Origin: Octopus bimaculoides
Taxonomy: Eukaryota
Length of the DNA: 52,379 bases
Direction of reading: 5' to 3'
NCBI RefSeq assembly: GCF_001194135.2
Contig: NC_068985.1
Coordinates: 20,360,508-20,412,886 of the forward strand
Program-made: the position numbers and the translations under genes
Shown here: positions 47,701 through 52,379 of the stretch, one piece after another
Position numbering within the stretch: position 1 is the stretch's first letter
How the letters are laid out: each line of letters begins with the position of its first letter
Notes under the pieces: model-generated
What the model was told of the DNA's origin: nothing
What the model saw: only the letters and a program-made list of their open reading frames with translations
Databases searched by the model: none

Positions 47701-48579
47701 TGATCTATCTTGGAGTGTGCTTCTTTAGAATTATGTTTTCTACAAGCAGTATATATATATGGGAACTTCACATTTATCGAGCACTCTAACATTTTTAAGT
47801 GAAACATTTAATAAATGCGAAGTTTTACATGAAGCTATTAGTAGCACCATCAAATTACACACACACATGTGTGAATGTGTGTGTGCATGAGCATTTGCAT
47901 GTATCTATACATGAATATATGGAGGGAGAGACAGATATACACATATATATGGGGAAAGAGATAAATTGATGTGTGTGTATATGTGTGTGTGAATGTGTGT
48001 GTGTGTGTGTGTAAGTGTGAAAGAGACTGAGATTATCTGTGTGCATTGTAATGAGACACACACAAACTTCTCAATGCATATTGTAACTCTTCTAAACTAA
48101 GTACTTTTTTAATTAAAGAGCTCAGCAATTAATTAAATGTTCAGACAACTACAGTTAAATGTGAAAGAAATAAAATGAAAATCTATCTTCAATACACCAA
48201 GACTAACATGCTAGTTTCTCCTCTCACTTCTTCAGACAAAATACAGTGTGTCTCATGAATTTAAGATGAACATAATAATAATAGCAGTTGGTCCCAAGGG
48301 GATGGTTACAAAAGAAGCTAGGACAGACAAGTTTTTTATATTTAACTGGATTCATACTGTCAAATGAAGTGCTGAAAACATCTTTCAAGTACTTGTCATA
48401 CATTTCGTGGTGGTGCTTTATAAATGTGACAACTAGACATGTATTCCACCCATTACCTCTTTACTTTTCTGAATAAAGTGTTTCTCACTTATAGAGATCA
48501 CAGGATAATGAAAAATTAAACAGGGCTTGATCAAAGTCGAATGCGAAAGATAGAATGGTTACTATGTATGCGTATATGT

Positions 48580-48625
<46 letters not shown>

Positions 48626-49742
48626 TTCAGGAAGTTAAAAGTTATGGCTGGTCATAGAGTGACCATGAGTTTCACACCTATACTGCTAAGCACTTTTTAT
48701 ANNNNNNNNNNNNNNNNNNNNNNNNNNNNNNNNNNNNNNNNNNNNNNNNNNNNNNNNNNNNNNNNNNNNNNNNNNNNNNNNNNNNNNNNNNNNNNNNNNN
48801 NNNNNNNNNNNNNNNNNNNNNNNNNNNNNNNNNNNNNNNNNNNNNNNNNNNNNNNNNNNNNNNNNNNNNNNNNNNNNNNNNNNNNNNNNNNNNNNNNNNN
48901 NNNNNNNNNNNNNNNNNNNNNNNNNNNNNNNNNNNNNNNNNNNNNNNNNNNNNNNNNNNNNNNNNNNNNNNNNNNNNNNNNNNNNNNNNNNNNNNNNNNN
49001 NNNNNNNNNNNNNNNNNNNNNNNNNNNNNNNNNNNNNNNNNNNNNNNNNNNNNNNNNNNNNNNNNNNNNNNNNNNNNNNNNNNNNNNNNNNNNNNNNNNN
49101 NNNNNNNNNNNNNNNNNNNNNNNNNNNNNNNNNNNNNNNNNNNNNNNNNNNNNNNNNNNNNNNNNNNNNNNNNNNNNNNNNNNNNNNNNNNNNNNNNNNN
49201 NNNNNNNNNNNNNNNNNNNNNNNNNNNNNNNNNNNNNNNNNNNNNNNNTATATATATATATGTAAATATATATATATATGTATATATATATATAGTTAGA
49301 TATACATATAGATATAGATACACACACACATATATACACATACATAGACACACATGACACATGCATACACATGATATATATATATATATAAAACTGATGA
49401 ACAATGGTATGTATATTTGCTATTATCCAATTGGAAAAATAATAAAATCATGTCTGCTGCTGACAGGAGTCTCTGTGTACTAGATATGAATGTTCCATAC
49501 TAGCATTTTATATTTATTATATATACAAGGGTGGGTGGGGAGACTATATGTGTGTACATGTGTTCATTCACTGCCTTCTTAATGCGTATGGTTGATGCTA
49601 ATACGGATCTTTCCCTTTTTTCACTGACTCCTACAGTACATCTAATCTCCCTCAACCACCTCACCTCTTTCATATTCCGTCTTATTTTCCCATTTTCTCT
49701 TCCCTCTTTGTTTCTTTATCATTCAATCTCCTCCTTTATTGC

Positions 49743-49779
49743 TCTTATTGATGAAGGACTAGCGTTTGAAATGTCAAGA
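49743..49779 (+). ncRNA. Minimal hammerhead-like motif in a Penelope-like unit (about 49560-49860)
   Basis: TCTT-A-TTGATGA-A-GGAC-TAGC-GTTT-GAAAT-GTC-AAGA. Stem II GGAC/GUUU pairs with G.U wobbles, there is a GUC cleavage triplet and stem I is TCTT/AAGA. The C3 and C15.2 positions read T. Confidence 0.5.
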
Positions 49780-50131
49780 CACTTTCCTTTCATTTTAAGT
49801 ATTAAACTCGTACAACTTTTGTTAAAATTTGCCTCTCTCATGCTGTTATCTTCCTAATATACATATATACACACATAAATGTGTATAAGTGTNNNNNNNN
49901 NNATATATATTAGACTATTTTCCTTTGTCATTTGCACAGTGATAGCTATAAGCTTTAAGCTTATAAATAAATGCCATTATTATTGTTTATAGAATTGTAA
50001 AACTCAATACTGCTTAACAAAGCTATTTGCATCGATATATATGTGTGTGTGTGTATGTGTGTGTGTATATGTGTATACATATATATTATATATGTGTATT
50101 TATAAATATATGTATATCTATATATATATAT

Positions 50132-50565
50132 ACTCTTTACTCTTTTACTTGTTTCTGTCATTTGACTGCGTCCCTGCTGGAGCACCGCCCTTATAGTCGA
50201 GCAAATCTACCCCAGGACTTATTCTTTGTAAGCCTAGTACTTATTCTATCGATCTCTTTTGCCTAACAGCGAGATTACGGGGACGTAAACATACCAGCAT
50301 CAGTTGTCAAGCAATGCTGGGGGAAGGGGCAAACAGACACACAAACATATACACACACATACACACACACATATACACACACATACACATATATATATAC
50401 ATATACGACGGGCTTCTAGTTTCTGTCTACCAAATCCACTCACAAGGCTTTGGTCGGCCTGAGGCTATAGTAGAAGACACTTGCCCAAGGTGCCATGCAG
50501 TTGGACTGAACCCGGAAGCATGTGGTTCGTAAGCAAGCTACTTACCACACAGCCACTCCTACGCC
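50132..50565 (-). mobile_element. CORE-SINE family B (OR-type), full length, with internal microsatellite
   Basis: Sense head GGCGTAGGAGTGGCTGTGTGG...GGTTCAGTCC, CORE-like GGCACCTTGGGCAAGTGTCTTC, internal (TA/TG)n at about 50335-50405, then GATAGAATAAGTACTAGG and tail GCAGTCAAATGAC.GAAACAAGTAAAAGAG. Confidence 0.92.
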
Positions 50566-50677
<112 letters not shown>

Positions 50678-50729
50678 TATATCTATATCGCTATCTATAT
50701 CTATATATATATATATATAAGCATGTACC

Positions 50730-51155
50730 TGTGTCTTGGGAGGGTCATTAGACCAATAATAATAACACATGCACTGGTTCAATAGCACTACTTTATTGTT
50801 AGTCACATTACTTTCATTACTATTCATGGGTTAGATATTTAACCAATTGACTAATAATCGTTTCTACTACAGGCACAAAGCCTGAAATTTGGGGGGAAGG
50901 GGTAAGTCAATTACATTGATCCAAGTATGCAACTGGTACTTAATTTATTGAACCCAAAAAGATGAAAGCTAAAGTCAACCTCGGCAGAATTTGAACTCAG
51001 AACGTAGCGGAAGACGAAATACCACTAAGCATTTCGCCCGGCATGCTAACAATTCTGCCAGCTCACTGCCTAACCAATTGACTAATAATAAAGAAGTGAT
51101 ACTAAACCAGTGCATGTGTTATTATTATTGGTGTTATGGCCCCTCTCAAGACACA
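50730..51155. mobile_element. Fold-back element interrupted by a SINE
   Basis: Arms 50730-50804 and 51080-51155 are reverse complements (about 66/76 by my alignment). The original spacer is about 45 bp. Confidence 0.85.
50859..51070 (-). mobile_element. SINE family A with 19-bp TSD
   Basis: Perfect TSD TAACCAATTGACTAATAAT (50840-50858 and 51071-51089). Confidence 0.96.
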
Positions 51156-51238
51156 AAAAGACTTGTTTCAAACTCATGAATTCACATCAAGAATCTTACA
51201 AACCAAATACAAAAACGAAGTATATGTATGCATGTGTG

Positions 51239-51330
<92 letters not shown>

Positions 51331-51502
51331 CAAGGTGAATATGGTACTTAAGTTTAGGCACCAGAATTAAGTATGGTATTATCCATACAATTCCAAAATA
51401 AGGTGATTAAAATCAAAATAAGCAACAAGGATATTCAAAGCTAATGCAGTACTGCATTAACTTTGAATATCCTTGTTGCTTACTTTGATATATATTTATA
51501 TA

Positions 51503-51865
51503 TGTATATATCATCATCATCATCATCGTCGTTTAACGTTCGCTTTCCATGTTAGCATGGGTTGGGCGATTTGACTGAAGACTGGTGAACCGGATGGCTG
51601 CACCAGGCTCCGATCTGATCTGGCAGAGTTTCTACAGCTGGATGCCCTTCCTAACGCCAACCACTCCAAGAGATGATATATATATATATATCATCATCAT
51701 CATCATCATCATCGTCGTCGTCGTTTAATGTCCTTCTTCCATGCATGCATGGGTAGGACAGTTGACAGGAGCTGGTCAAGTAGAAAAAATACCCTAGGTT
51801 GCTGTATCTGTTTTGGCAGGGATTTTATGGCTGGATGCCCTTCCTAACACTAACCACTCCACAAA
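51503..51865 (-). mobile_element. Two tandem RTE 3'-end modules (family C), each with a (CAT)n tail in (TA)n
   Basis: Copies at 51503-51668 and about 51690-51865; both contain GCTGGATGCCCTTCCTAAC. Confidence 0.9.
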
Positions 51866-52334
51866 ATGGAAACCACTCCTTGCATGAAAAAAAAAAATGG
51901 GGCAGTCATTGTTGGGACATGTTTGATTAAAAGATCTGTTTAAGCATTTCATTAACATATTTGTCGAAATACACTTCCTTTGCTTCAATTAATTTTTAAA
52001 ATAATGAAGTATTTAGTAAAATAACTTTATCACTATTTAACTGACGTTTGGAACATAATATTAAATTTTAATTGAAGTTTTCAACTTGGATCACTTTAAA
52101 AGAGAGAATTCGTATCACAGAACCAGTATTGGACAAGTCAGTAACAACAGGATTAATCAAGGCTGACATGAGGCTATATATTTGACCAGAAAGACTTTGA
52201 TTATTCATTTACTTAATGAAGATAGAGCTGAGGATTAAACAACAGCCAAACTACAACAATAACAACAATCTAAACCCACAGCTACTCTATTTACTTCAAA
52301 ATACATACATACATACATACATGCATACATGCAT

Positions 52335-52379
<45 letters not shown>

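Overview
AT-rich animal genomic DNA from a draft assembly with 12 N-gaps (about 4.25 kb in total). The repeat families and the dense (TA)n/(CA)n/(AAT)n/(CAT)n microsatellites point to a coleoid cephalopod, most likely Octopus; this is an inference from repeat content. I found no intact host protein-coding gene, no rRNA, no true tRNA gene and no CRISPR array. The long ORFs in the track are N-gap or microsatellite artefacts, or decayed transposon ORFs. The window looks like a large intron or intergenic transposon graveyard. It holds three tRNA-headed SINE families, RTE LINE fragments with many 5'-truncated 3' ends, an R4/Dong-type RT remnant, mariner and hAT remnants, several MITEs with clear TIRs/TSDs, and two fold-back elements. 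The most interesting signals are: (1) an internally deleted hAT that closely matches the mammalian Charlie3/MER1 consensus as I recall it, a horizontal-transfer candidate; (2) minimal hammerhead-ribozyme motifs in small Penelope-like units, one nested in a SINE with a 7-bp TSD; (3) a PHD-like zinc finger inside the RTE reverse-transcriptase ORF; (4) closely spaced inverted SINE pairs and fold-backs that could form dsRNA substrates for ADAR; (5) a CpG-retaining patch and a few splice-site-bounded micro-exon candidates that may mark an unannotated host gene. Family names come from memory, not from database searches. I cannot support a claim of a wholly new biological system here.
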